From the IMG/VR virus record IMGVR_UViG_3300022719_000284, positions 1 to 26,826 of that record: 26,826 nucleotides of DNA, one strand, 5' to 3'. Position numbers and translations under genes: made by a program. Below, one piece after another: positions 7,564-16,476 of this stretch (position 1 is the stretch's first letter; each line of letters begins with the position of its first letter). This DNA is from a virus (taxonomy: Duplodnaviria > Heunggongvirae > Uroviricota > Caudoviricetes). The notes under the pieces were generated by a model. It was not told the origin of the DNA, did no database searches, and worked only from the letters and a program-made list of their open reading frames with translations.

Positions 7564-7760
7564 AAGCCATTCGCTCACCATTAAATGCTTTTGATAAAAT
7601 AACTGATTTCTTAAAGCGTCTTGTGCTCGATTATGATTTAACGGATGATGAAGCTAACAAGCTTTCTAAAGTTACTGATGAAGTAAACGAAGTTCGTGAG
7701 AAATATGTAGACAAAAGATTAGAACACTACGAACTTCCACAGCGCATCCGCAAAGACTAA
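7560..7760 (+). CDS. Hypothetical protein
   Basis: ORF track; RBS AAGGA. Confidence 0.65.
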   Translation: MKAIRSPLNAFDKITDFLKRLVLDYDLTDDEANKLSKVTDEVNEVREKYVDKRLEHYELPQRIRKD

Positions 7761-7761
7761 A

Positions 7762-8010
7762 ATGTTTTATTGCGAATCTTGCCTAGGTCGTAATAAACCC
7801 CCACCATCTGCATCTGTTCGACGTGAAAAATGCGAAATTTGCGATAATCTAGGAACATGCTACGATATCGCTACTTGTCAGGTAAAGAGGTGCCGTAACC
7901 CATCTCTAAAGGGTCGAATCTTATGCGAGCCTCACGCATTTCCAGCAGAACAAACTAAAAGCAACAGACGTAAAGCAGTAGAAGCTCAAAAACGAAAGGG
8001 TCTACAGTGA
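7762..8010 (+). CDS. Cys-rich putative zinc-binding protein
   Basis: CESC, CEIC and C..C..C..H motifs. Confidence 0.65.
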   Translation: MFYCESCLGRNKPPPSASVRREKCEICDNLGTCYDIATCQVKRCRNPSLKGRILCEPHAFPAEQTKSNRRKAVEAQKRKGLQ

Positions 8011-8366
8011 GTTGTACTACAAAGATTTTCCTATTTGTGCTTGTTTCTCTGGTACTTATAGGATGCTCTTCCACACAAGAGCAGTTAGAAAAATATGTTC
8101 CTCATGACTTTGAATCCCATGAGCGTACAGCCGAAGCTTGCCTCCTTATGAAAGGGGTAGACTGCCAAATTAGTTCAGAAGCAAGTAGCTTGACAATCTT
8201 AATTACTATGCAATCTACCCCGGAACAAACACAACAGGAAGTGTACGATATTAGTACGTTATGGTGTAGTCTTACTCGACTTGAAGGTGAAAATTCTGTT
8301 CTTCTAATTCGCCGCCCTGACGGATCAATGTCAGGAACATCCTGTTCTGCCATTGGGAATTACTAA
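8007..8366 (+). CDS. Putative lipoprotein
   Basis: Hydrophobic signal ending in the lipobox LIGC; four further Cys. Confidence 0.65.
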   Translation: MSCTTKIFLFVLVSLVLIGCSSTQEQLEKYVPHDFESHERTAEACLLMKGVDCQISSEASSLTILITMQSTPEQTQQEVYDISTLWCSLTRLEGENSVLLIRRPDGSMSGTSCSAIGNY

Positions 8367-8384
8367 AAGCTGTTGGTTTAAATT

Positions 8385-8921
8385 ATGGAAACCACTGACA
8401 CCAGAAATGTAATTGACGAATTCAAAGGTCTTGAAGTAGAAGAGATTAGAAGTAAACTAAGCCTACGACGTAAGCCCTTTGCTTCTTTGATTCTAAATAT
8501 TGATTATGACATTAACATTGCTAACATAGTTAGATCACATAATGCATTCTGCGGTCAAGAAATTTTTTACATAGGCAGGAGGAAATATAACCGAAAGGGG
8601 TGCGTGGGAACGTACCTTTACGAAAACCTAAGCCACTATAGTGACTTAGATACTGCTTTGGAAAATATCCCCAAAAAGTATACATGGATAGGGATAGATA
8701 ACATCGAAGGTTCCTTCCCTATGACGGGATTTGATTGGCCTGATAACCCTCTGCTGGTCTTTGGGCATGAAAGAGAGGGTCTAGACCATATACCGGGTTT
8801 GTCTCAACGTTGTGATAAAATTGTGAGCATCCCCCAGCTAGGGTCAGTAAGGTCATTAAATGTCGCGGTAGCCGCCGGTATTACTATGTATGACTTTTGT
8901 CTAAAGAAAGGATTCCTTTGA
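8385..8921 (+). CDS. SpoU/TrmH family (SPOUT) RNA 2'-O-methyltransferase
   Basis: NIANIVRS, LVFGHEREGL, IPQLGSVRSLNVAVAAGITMYD. Confidence 0.93.
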   Translation: METTDTRNVIDEFKGLEVEEIRSKLSLRRKPFASLILNIDYDINIANIVRSHNAFCGQEIFYIGRRKYNRKGCVGTYLYENLSHYSDLDTALENIPKKYTWIGIDNIEGSFPMTGFDWPDNPLLVFGHEREGLDHIPGLSQRCDKIVSIPQLGSVRSLNVAVAAGITMYDFCLKKGFL

Positions 8922-8948
8922 TAATAGTAGAACAGGAGATCAGATAAG

Positions 8949-9143
8949 ATGGCCAAAACCTCTATAAATTGCTTTGCTTCTGTAAACCTTGATAGTATAT
9001 TAGAAGAAATTCATGATGATTGGAAAGACAAAGACAGGTTTGAACTAGTAAGGGATATTTGCTATGGTTTTAAACAACCAGAAAAGTATCTGAAAAAGAT
9101 AACCAAACTATTTGAACAGGAACTTGGGGTACAAGAAAAATGA
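8949..9143 (+). CDS. Hypothetical protein
   Basis: ORF track; RBS AGGAG. Confidence 0.65.
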   Translation: MAKTSINCFASVNLDSILEEIHDDWKDKDRFELVRDICYGFKQPEKYLKKITKLFEQELGVQEK

Positions 9144-9159
9144 ACCCTAAAGGTTATGA

Positions 9160-9954
9160 ATGGATCCTGTAACTACAGCTAAAGTTCTAGCTGTAACATT
9201 TTTGACTCTGAATGTTGCTGGTTTGCCTGACATATTAACCAAGCAGGATAACCCACACCGAAGACACTTAGATATCTTTCAAAGAGCTAGAAGTTACGAT
9301 GTAGTTCTTTATCAGGAAGATTTTAGTTATTCTTCTTTCCTTGAGGGAACTAAGAAACACAGGTACAGGCCCCATAAAGTTAGGCTATGGGGAATACCTA
9401 TAGCTTGGATATTTGATGGCCTGTGGTTCAAGCCCGGGCTAACTACATACAGCAAGTTCCCTCTCACAGAGAATAAATTCGTTCCCTATTCTAAATGCTC
9501 TGGATGGAGAAACAAATCATCAGATTGTTGGGTCCCTAAAGGGCTCAGTGTTAGTAAGATTCTGTTAAACAACGAAATACCGTTATGTGTTATAAATACC
9601 CACATGGATGCAGGTAATAGTATTGCTGATACTACAGCAAGATCCCATCAGATTAGAGAGTATGCAAGGTTTGTAAATTCTTTACCTTCCGATTCTATTA
9701 TAATAGCCGGAGGTGATTTTAACAGCAAGCCTGGAGAACCAGAATTTGGGTTGTTTTTACAAGAAACTAATCTCACTAATGTGACAGGGTACATAAAAGG
9801 GTTCGAAACAGTAGATTACTTTTTTGTTAGGGCACCAGATAACATTAAAATTGATATACTCGATAGCGGTCGAGCTTTAGAGTTTGATGGGCTTTCCGAC
9901 CATCCCGCCGCTTTTATATCACTGAGGATACACTATGTGGCCGAAAACCGTTAG
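9160..9954 (+). CDS. Endonuclease/exonuclease/phosphatase (EEP) family, sphingomyelinase-like
   Basis: TLNV, YQEDF, NTHMDAG, GGDFN, VDYFF, LSDHPA. Confidence 0.88.
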   Translation: MDPVTTAKVLAVTFLTLNVAGLPDILTKQDNPHRRHLDIFQRARSYDVVLYQEDFSYSSFLEGTKKHRYRPHKVRLWGIPIAWIFDGLWFKPGLTTYSKFPLTENKFVPYSKCSGWRNKSSDCWVPKGLSVSKILLNNEIPLCVINTHMDAGNSIADTTARSHQIREYARFVNSLPSDSIIIAGGDFNSKPGEPEFGLFLQETNLTNVTGYIKGFETVDYFFVRAPDNIKIDILDSGRALEFDGLSDHPAAFISLRIHYVAENR

Positions 9955-10333
9955 AAAAGAAGATCTGGAGATAACTTATTACAGAGGCTCTGGTCCCGGA
10001 GGCCAGCACCGAAATAAGACAGATTCAGCTTGTAGAATCAAACACAAACCAACAGGTATTACAACTCAATCTGAAGAACATAAATCCCAACTACAAAACA
10101 AAAAAGCAGCCTTTAAGCGTCTTGCTGATCAGCTTGTACCTTTAATGAAAAAGGCTCACCAAATAGAAATTATTAGATCGGAAACTGACAGAATCCGAAC
10201 GTATCACGAACCGAGACAGCAAGTAAAAGACCATAGAACCAACAAAACTTACAATTATGATAAAGTTTTGAATGGTAACGATCTTCAAGATGTTATAAAA
10301 GACTTAAAAGCAGATTCCCCTGACGAAGCCTAA
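9935..10333 (+). CDS. Stand-alone RF-1 domain peptidyl-tRNA hydrolase (ArfB/PrfH-like release-factor homolog)
   Basis: GSGPGGQHRNKTDSACRIKHKPTG, SQLQNK..A, RIRTY, VKDHRT; codon-recognition domain absent. Confidence 0.92.
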   Translation: MWPKTVRKEDLEITYYRGSGPGGQHRNKTDSACRIKHKPTGITTQSEEHKSQLQNKKAAFKRLADQLVPLMKKAHQIEIIRSETDRIRTYHEPRQQVKDHRTNKTYNYDKVLNGNDLQDVIKDLKADSPDEA

Positions 10334-10349
10334 CCGTTATCTATTTGAT

Positions 10350-12578
10350 ATGGCAAGCTTTGGACCATTTTCCTGGGATGAGCCCGTTTTTGCGGGAGAC
10401 AAAATTCCTCGCTCAGAAGACGACCAGCCCTGCGGAGAAGGCTGGATTCCTAAGGAAAAAGAGTGCCATGATGGGGAGGCTCACCGCCCCGAACCCGGTG
10501 AAAATCCATATTGGACAGATGAAAATAGCGCTGAGAAGCGTAGAGAAAAAGGCATTCCTTGGCATCAAACTAAGCCAAAAAAGGGTGAAAAAGAAGACAA
10601 GGCTCCTGAAGAGGAAGAGCCCAAGACAGAAAAAGAAAAAGACCCAGAAGAGCAACAAGATCCCGACCCTCTAAGAGATTACGCTTCTGAGTATGAAAAA
10701 GCGGTTGATCCTGCCCGCCAAACTAAGACCCTCAAACCTGAGGAAATCTCAGCCCAGTATCAAAATCTAAAAAATGCCTCTTCCCTAATGAATATCATTG
10801 GGTTCTCCATCCAAATGGCGGCGAAAGCCACCAAGCGCTACGAACATAGCCTCGAAATGGATTCTCTACAAGAGGAATTGGGGCGCTGGAATAAGATGCA
10901 AATCACGGACTCTGAGAGTCTTGATGAATACACAGGTAAGTTAAACGATCTGTGGCATAAGATAAAAGAGAGTCCAATAGGTAGGCACTTCATAGAAGGA
11001 ACTAAAACTACCTTCAACAACATGAATTTTGAAGGCCAGAATTTCCCATTCTTGGCTGCTAAAATAGAGCACTCTTTTGATCGCTATAAAGCTGCCAAAC
11101 GTGAAGACGATCCAAGAGATATTCTAAAATGGAATACTCTGGCAAACAAGCCAGATATGATGAGTTTTGACGATATTCCAGATTTAGCATGGAGAGATTT
11201 CCCTGAAGGTCCTAAAAACGATAAGGAACTTCAATTCATTGAACAGAAGATGCAGCGTTTTCGAAGAACTTTTGACACATGGGCCCAAACAGGAGGGCAG
11301 ACCAACGGTCCATTCTTAGCTGAAATTCTTATGGGGAAGCCCACTGAAATGGGGCATATGATAAACCAGTCTCCATTCCTACCCAACCCCAAAGCTGCCC
11401 AGATAATTCTAGAGAAATCTGCTAGAGCTGGGGACGAAGAAGCTAATGACATGATGTGGTATGAGTTTAGACGCAACGAGCAGTGGACTGAGAATTCCTA
11501 CCTTCACGATTACACAAAAGCAACCCAAAAAGCAATGGTTGAATCTAAAAACCTTGGTTTGGATTTCGACTCACTAAAAGACAGTATTCGCCCCCTCAGA
11601 GAGTCAGAACGAGCGTATAACAAATGGGAAAAATCTGTTTATAAGCCAAGAAAGGAAGAGATTCTTAAAGAATTCTCCAAATTTGACGAAGAAAGAAGAC
11701 AACGATCAGGAGAGTTATCTGAGGAATCCAAAACAAAAGAAAAATTCTTGATAGAAGAGATGGACAATCTGTTAGCTGAGAAGGTTAGAAGGGTAAAAGG
11801 CAAGGCAACTGTAAAAAAACAAGTTTACGAACAAATTGAAAAAGACCGAAATTCTCTTCTAGACGGGCTTTTGCAAGCCAATAAGAATACATCCGTTGAT
11901 ATGAATACATTTGGCAAAATAATTAATTCTTTTGCCAACATTGATTGGGACGATATCAATCCAAGGGATCCCGATTATGCGGGTGAAAAGGGCAAGCAAT
12001 TGATGCAGATTCGCCAGCAAGCAAGAACACGAGGCGATCTGGAGCTAACGCATTTAGACGCAATTGAACACTCCATCAGCCACCTTACCTCTATTTTACA
12101 CAAAGATCTTTTGTCTTCTAAAAGGGACCCGGCCAACGCTGAATTAACAGAAATTAAATGGAAGTATGATGTTGTTCTAAGGGCTTACGCCCAAAAGGAA
12201 CAGAATGTAATAGCCATAGATCAGCACGCTACTCCTGACATTGTGGTACACGAGTTTGGTCATCACCTAGAATTCAGAAATCAAAGAGTTCATCAAAGAA
12301 TTCTTGATTTCTATGATAATAGAACCAGAGGCAAGAAGCTCAAAACCATTAGGGGATATCAAAAGCACGAACGTTTCAAAAGTGGAAAATTCTTCATTGA
12401 TTACGCTGGAAAATCCTACGGGGAAAGAATGCCCCAGCCTGACAACCCAAACAACCCAGCCACTGAACTCATCTCAACAGGGCTTCAGGCGCTGTACAAT
12501 CCTGAGTACTTTCGGAAATTAGCCACCAAGGACCCTGAGCACCTAGCTCTGATTATCGCCACTGTGAGAGGATATTAG
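10350..12578 (+). CDS. Large protein with N-terminal Cys/His motif and C-terminal zincin (HEXXH) metallopeptidase-like domain
   Basis: PCGEGWIPKEKECH; VVHEFGHHLE with a downstream TELISTGLQ third-ligand-like motif. Confidence 0.7.
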   Translation: MASFGPFSWDEPVFAGDKIPRSEDDQPCGEGWIPKEKECHDGEAHRPEPGENPYWTDENSAEKRREKGIPWHQTKPKKGEKEDKAPEEEEPKTEKEKDPEEQQDPDPLRDYASEYEKAVDPARQTKTLKPEEISAQYQNLKNASSLMNIIGFSIQMAAKATKRYEHSLEMDSLQEELGRWNKMQITDSESLDEYTGKLNDLWHKIKESPIGRHFIEGTKTTFNNMNFEGQNFPFLAAKIEHSFDRYKAAKREDDPRDILKWNTLANKPDMMSFDDIPDLAWRDFPEGPKNDKELQFIEQKMQRFRRTFDTWAQTGGQTNGPFLAEILMGKPTEMGHMINQSPFLPNPKAAQIILEKSARAGDEEANDMMWYEFRRNEQWTENSYLHDYTKATQKAMVESKNLGLDFDSLKDSIRPLRESERAYNKWEKSVYKPRKEEILKEFSKFDEERRQRSGELSEESKTKEKFLIEEMDNLLAEKVRRVKGKATVKKQVYEQIEKDRNSLLDGLLQANKNTSVDMNTFGKIINSFANIDWDDINPRDPDYAGEKGKQLMQIRQQARTRGDLELTHLDAIEHSISHLTSILHKDLLSSKRDPANAELTEIKWKYDVVLRAYAQKEQNVIAIDQHATPDIVVHEFGHHLEFRNQRVHQRILDFYDNRTRGKKLKTIRGYQKHERFKSGKFFIDYAGKSYGERMPQPDNPNNPATELISTGLQALYNPEYFRKLATKDPEHLALIIATVRGY

Positions 12579-12580
12579 AC

Positions 12581-12910
12581 GTGAAGATTACTTTGTTATC
12601 AAAAGGACAACCAATAGGGTATGTAGAATACGATATCATAAACGAATTCGAGTTAATGGGGAAGCTTGGGCCTATTTTCACACAGCCTTCTCAGCTAGGA
12701 AATGTAATACTACAGAAAATCAAAAAGAATAAAGATGTAGTGGTTTCGGGAGGTTTTGCCCCGCAGGATCTGTCACAGTATTTCGACGGCGTGGTTCTGG
12801 TCTTAGAATCCATCAAAAGTGAAGTCCCCAGCTTTGATTACCATATCCCCGAGAAAGAGAACCCCTACCTTCTAGACGCTCCTGAAGAGATCCAGAAGAG
12901 GGTAAGCTAA
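12581..12910 (+). CDS. Hypothetical protein (possible immunity/partner of the upstream gene)
   Basis: GTG start 2 nt after the upstream stop; GAGG RBS. Confidence 0.6.
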   Translation: MKITLLSKGQPIGYVEYDIINEFELMGKLGPIFTQPSQLGNVILQKIKKNKDVVVSGGFAPQDLSQYFDGVVLVLESIKSEVPSFDYHIPEKENPYLLDAPEEIQKRVS

Positions 12911-12911
12911 A

Positions 12912-13493
12912 ATGCCTAGGAATCCTACCGGTAAATTGAATCCCGAGATAGTTGCTAAACTTGGCTTGTGTTGGGGATATGACAAGGCCAGAGATCAAAT
13001 AGAGTCCAACGACCCAGGTACCCAAGAATACACTGTATCTGAAATCCTACGAAGGACGTGGATCGATTATGGGGATGTAATGTTCGCCGTGTGTCGTCCC
13101 GAAGTTACCCCCGAAGGGGTCCTTAGAACCTTCGCGGCCGACGTAGCCCAGCGGCTCAAGTGGAGGGTTGTAGAGAGCTTCGGCGAAGCCCGAGTAAAAT
13201 TGCTTCGAGACGCTGTAGAATCATCTCTAAGCAACGATCGACCCCGTATGGATGTCGTGGCCCGGGAAATACATAAAATGTGCCGTAGGCTCATCCCACG
13301 CAGCGAGGATAAATCTGCCAACGAAGCTCTCAAGTGCTTTCGTTCTTGCGTCAAACAGAACCCAGGAGAGGCAGCCTTGGGGGCTGCGTGGCATGCTTCC
13401 CAAAGCGCCTTCGAAGCCGAAGGGGTCTTTGGCCGAGACAGGGAAAGAAATCGGCAAAGAGAGCATCTCGCTTTGCTTTTTAACAGAGGTTAG
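12912..13493 (+). CDS. Alpha-helical phage protein, Imm5-like
   Basis: LRTFAADVAQR, Ala-rich AALGAAWHA and ERNRQREHL patterns. Confidence 0.55.
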   Translation: MPRNPTGKLNPEIVAKLGLCWGYDKARDQIESNDPGTQEYTVSEILRRTWIDYGDVMFAVCRPEVTPEGVLRTFAADVAQRLKWRVVESFGEARVKLLRDAVESSLSNDRPRMDVVAREIHKMCRRLIPRSEDKSANEALKCFRSCVKQNPGEAALGAAWHASQSAFEAEGVFGRDRERNRQREHLALLFNRG

Positions 13494-13496
13494 AGT

Positions 13497-14009
13497 TTAT
13501 TTAAGCTTGCTCTTGCTCTTGTTTTCTCGTGATTTTTCCCGAGATTCGTCAGTGCGGTCCCAGTTACGTCGAACATGTTTCCCAAGAGACACCATAGCAC
13601 CGTTTCGAAGCAGGTGTCGGGCAACGTAATCAAGTTGATTACCGGAATGTTGAGTGATTTTTATGGTGAGGTGTAACTTTTTAGCAATTGCTTCGAGAGC
13701 TTTTTCATCCGACACGGGCTTCTCATCGGTGCCAATGTGCTTTTGGATAACACCGTGGAAATGGGGCCACCTTGTGAATTTAGTTGGTGATATGACACCA
13801 ATGATTGGGAGTTGGTCTCCCGTCAAACGACCATAATTCCGATATAGTCGGAATATGAGATTCTCAAATTTCTCCAGGGATAGAGTAGCTTTACCAGACC
13901 ACCAGTTATGGTCACATCTCACGGTTAACATGGTATCCAGTCGGCACCGGAGATCTTGGGATATGAGGTTATAGAATTCTTCTTGAGCTTGACACTTAAC
14001 AAGTTCCAC
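13497..14009 (-). CDS. HUH superfamily rolling-circle-type endonuclease (Rep/Y1)
   Basis: Motif I MLTV, motif II PHFHGVI, motif III LDYVARH in canonical order; GGGGT RBS before GTG; basic tail. Confidence 0.75.
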   Translation of the reverse strand: MELVKCQAQEEFYNLISQDLRCRLDTMLTVRCDHNWWSGKATLSLEKFENLIFRLYRNYGRLTGDQLPIIGVISPTKFTRWPHFHGVIQKHIGTDEKPVSDEKALEAIAKKLHLTIKITQHSGNQLDYVARHLLRNGAMVSLGKHVRRNWDRTDESREKSRENKSKSKLK

Positions 14010-14019
14010 TATTTACCCC

Positions 14020-14090
14020 AACCCTGGATCCGGTTAACAATATTTAACCCTGGATCCGGTTAACAATATTTAACCCTGGATCCGGTTAAC
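14020..14090. repeat. 26-bp tandem repeat (2 full copies + 19 bp) built from palindromes
   Basis: AACCCTGGATCCGGTTAACAATATTT at 14020 and 14046, partial at 14072. Confidence 0.95.
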
Positions 14091-14250
14091 TAGTGATACA
14101 GCTCTGGCCTAAACAGCCTTTCAGGCTGAGTCGGGTCAAGTATATCGCCAGTAACGCTCGATACGGGTCAACGACCCAAGCTCACCGGGTTAACGATTAG
14201 ATAACCATGTTGAGGTCTTTTCTTCGGATGTTTTAACACTTCTCTAAAGA

Positions 14251-14280
14251 TTGAATAGGATATACTGTGAGTTTTATAAT
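14251..14280 (+). promoter_or_regulatory. Possible sigma70-type promoter
   Basis: TTGAAT-N18-TATAAT ahead of the 14319 gene run. Confidence 0.4.
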
Positions 14281-14318
14281 TAAAGTAAGGCAAAAGTAAC
14301 TACAAGCAGGGAAACTAT

Positions 14319-14585
14319 ATGAATTCAGAATTTGCTAAAGCGATAGAAGTAGCGGATAAAATTACCAAGTTGTTAGAAGAAACTGTAGCAGTTGAGTCTG
14401 AAAAAGAATCTGGAACGTTGACTTTTGATGGAAACACTGTTCATGTGTCTGAAAGCGGAGTCCACCGAGTCACAGCAGGTGTAAGTTTGATATATTCTGG
14501 TACAGATGTAAAAGAGGCTGTTATTGAGGCAGTAATAGCGGCAATATCTTCTAGAACAAAAGAAATATTGAGAAATTCCTTATGA
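14319..14585 (+). CDS. Hypothetical protein
   Basis: ORF track; AGGGA RBS. Confidence 0.65.
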   Translation: MNSEFAKAIEVADKITKLLEETVAVESEKESGTLTFDGNTVHVSESGVHRVTAGVSLIYSGTDVKEAVIEAVIAAISSRTKEILRNSL

Positions 14586-14762
14586 ATAACAACAAGAAAT
14601 ATCCCTCTATTTGATGTAAAACTATATGAAATTAACAGCTATCTAGATATCAAAGGACTTAACATTGATCAGATTAAAGCCCCTTCTCTTAAGAAAAAAG
14701 CCACAAACAGGAGAAGAGCGATCGAGGAGCAGCGAAAGAAAAATGAGCGTTCAAGAAGCTAA
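14582..14762 (+). pseudogene. Small hypothetical gene with a +1 frameshift near its 5' end
   Basis: Coupled ATG (ATGA) gives MNNNKKYP; the +1 frame continues PLFDVKLYEINSYLDIKG...ERSRS*. Confidence 0.45.
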
Positions 14763-14898
14763 TGAGTTAACGATCAAAGAATTAGATGACGAGAACAACA
14801 ATCTTAGAAATTACATTTTAGAATTAGAGAGACAATTAAGACATCTTGCAGCTAAAGAGGAGATGAGACGAAATGCCACTGCCAAAGAAAGATATTAA
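14743..14898 (+). CDS. Small coiled-coil protein
   Basis: MSVQEANELTIKELDDENNNLRNYILELERQL; GAGGAG upstream favours ATG 14743 over 14665. Confidence 0.6.
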   Translation: MSVQEANELTIKELDDENNNLRNYILELERQLRHLAAKEEMRRNATAKERY

Positions 14899-15134
14899 AC
14901 ATCCTCTTTCTGTGGAAACAAATGATGAAACCCCTATATCTGTGTTGGTTTCTTCTATACACAAGGTGGCAGATGGTTTAGAGAAAATTCAAGATTCTGG
15001 CCTCACTGAATATGCGATTATATTGCTGCTCCATGATGCTACTAAAGTTGGGGAAAAAGGATATTCAAAAGGTGCTTTATGCAGCTCCCAAGCTAGCGGA
15101 GCGCTACGTAAAATCGAATGATCTAGAAGAATGA
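14873..15134 (+). CDS. Hypothetical protein, probably frameshifted (+1) at GGGGAAAAA near 15049
   Basis: ...LLHDATKVG continues in the +1 frame as KKDIQKVLYAAPKLAERYVKSNDLEE*; as sequenced it stops at 15121. Confidence 0.6.
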
Positions 15135-15137
15135 GAT

Positions 15138-15165
15138 TAAAGTTTCACATGGTCTAGGGCGAAAA
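15138..15165 (+). promoter_or_regulatory. Sigma28-like promoter motif
   Basis: TAAAGTTT-N12-GGCGAAAA, intergenic. Confidence 0.5.
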
Positions 15166-15173
15166 AGAAGACT

Positions 15174-15593
15174 ATGCCTATCTCCAAAAAACTTAATGAT
15201 GAAATCAAAGGTAATGGAATCTCTGAGGACCTGTCTCTAAAGGTCAGAGAAAGGGTTGCCAATTTTCTCGGAATCGGTTTGTCTAGGGTGTATGTTACGG
15301 GGAATAAAAAACTTACTCTTCGAATTTGGACCAAAGATACGACTAGTGAAGAGCTTGATAACATTAGATCCAAAAGAAATGAAATCAAAGCTATAGTGCA
15401 GACTTTTGGGGTAGAAAAGGTTGCTTTGAGTGAAAAAGACCCTAAAAATGCTGCTTATGCGGAAGCTATCAGGGTAAGAATGAGAAGTTCTGAATATAAG
15501 AAAAGAAATGCTGGGAAGGTAAAATCCCGGCACGGACTAAGAAGTTCAAATGAGTTGAAAAAGATATTGTTTTTGAAATTATACCAAACGTAA
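15174..15593 (+). CDS. Hypothetical basic protein
   Basis: ORF track. Confidence 0.65.
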   Translation: MPISKKLNDEIKGNGISEDLSLKVRERVANFLGIGLSRVYVTGNKKLTLRIWTKDTTSEELDNIRSKRNEIKAIVQTFGVEKVALSEKDPKNAAYAEAIRVRMRSSEYKKRNAGKVKSRHGLRSSNELKKILFLKLYQT

Positions 15594-15603
15594 GGGAAAA
15601 TCC

Positions 15604-16062
15604 ATGAACAAAAGATTTGGGAAAAAGAGTCTGTATGTTTTGGGGTTTGCTTTTGATTCCCCCGAGAAAGAAGTAGATGTTAATACAAAGGTTGCTTTAA
15701 TTCGTAAGTCCAGGCCAGATTGGCAAAAAGGTATTCTTAATGGAATTGGTGGCCACATAGAAAAAGGGGAAAATCCACTTGAAGCTCAAATTAGGGAATT
15801 CAAAGAAGAAACTGGACTTCTTATTCCTAAAGAAAAGTGGCTAAGAGTTACTTCCTTTGGCTGTCTTGATTGGAATGTAACAGTCTTTAAAGCTTTTGAT
15901 ATTCCTCTCCATAAACTAAGAACCTGTACTGACGAAGAAGTTATTGTTTTCAATGCGTTTCATATTCCCTTTGAAGAGAAAATTCTATTCAATCTTAGAT
16001 GGCTAATTCCTATGTGTCTAGATCCTGACATGCCACATTCTGACATTATTGAGTACAATTGA
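15604..16062 (+). CDS. Nudix hydrolase
   Basis: Nudix box GGHIEKGENPLEAQIREFKEETGL. Confidence 0.93.
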   Translation: MNKRFGKKSLYVLGFAFDSPEKEVDVNTKVALIRKSRPDWQKGILNGIGGHIEKGENPLEAQIREFKEETGLLIPKEKWLRVTSFGCLDWNVTVFKAFDIPLHKLRTCTDEEVIVFNAFHIPFEEKILFNLRWLIPMCLDPDMPHSDIIEYN

Positions 16063-16463
16063 TGCCGATAAGTAAAGCAAATATTAAATGGCACTCGTTT
16101 GTAGCCAGTGAGATAGGTCTTCCAGAAGACTCAATTTGGATTGATGATAACACCTCTGCTAGAACAAACGTGTTTGTCTGGACAGAGAAGTTAACCCGCC
16201 AACAGTTCAGAAGGTTAATTTCCGCCAAATCGGCTGGCGGACCTAGCAGCCTTAGGGGTCGTCTCCAGAGATTGTTGGATGAATTGAACGCTGATGGGTG
16301 GATGACCAAAGTAAAGCCATCTGAAGCAACTACGGACGATATCTACCCCATTTCTCACCTAGGGGCTAAAAAATTCTGTAGATGTGGTGCTGAGATGTTA
16401 ACGCCCAAAGAGCAAGTTAGAAAAGTGTGTGGGGTATGTAAGCCCATCCCAAAGAATCTCTAG
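16059..16463 (+). CDS. Hypothetical protein with C-terminal zinc ribbon
   Basis: CRCG...CGVC. Confidence 0.6.
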   Translation: MMPISKANIKWHSFVASEIGLPEDSIWIDDNTSARTNVFVWTEKLTRQQFRRLISAKSAGGPSSLRGRLQRLLDELNADGWMTKVKPSEATTDDIYPISHLGAKKFCRCGAEMLTPKEQVRKVCGVCKPIPKNL

Positions 16464-16476
16464 AACACGCCGTATC

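Noticed and set aside
14020-14090. CRISPR array, given the repeats and a Cas4-like gene in the window
   Set aside because: Units are contiguous with identical intervening sequence and no unique spacers; no cas1/cas2; solo Cas4-like nucleases are common in phages
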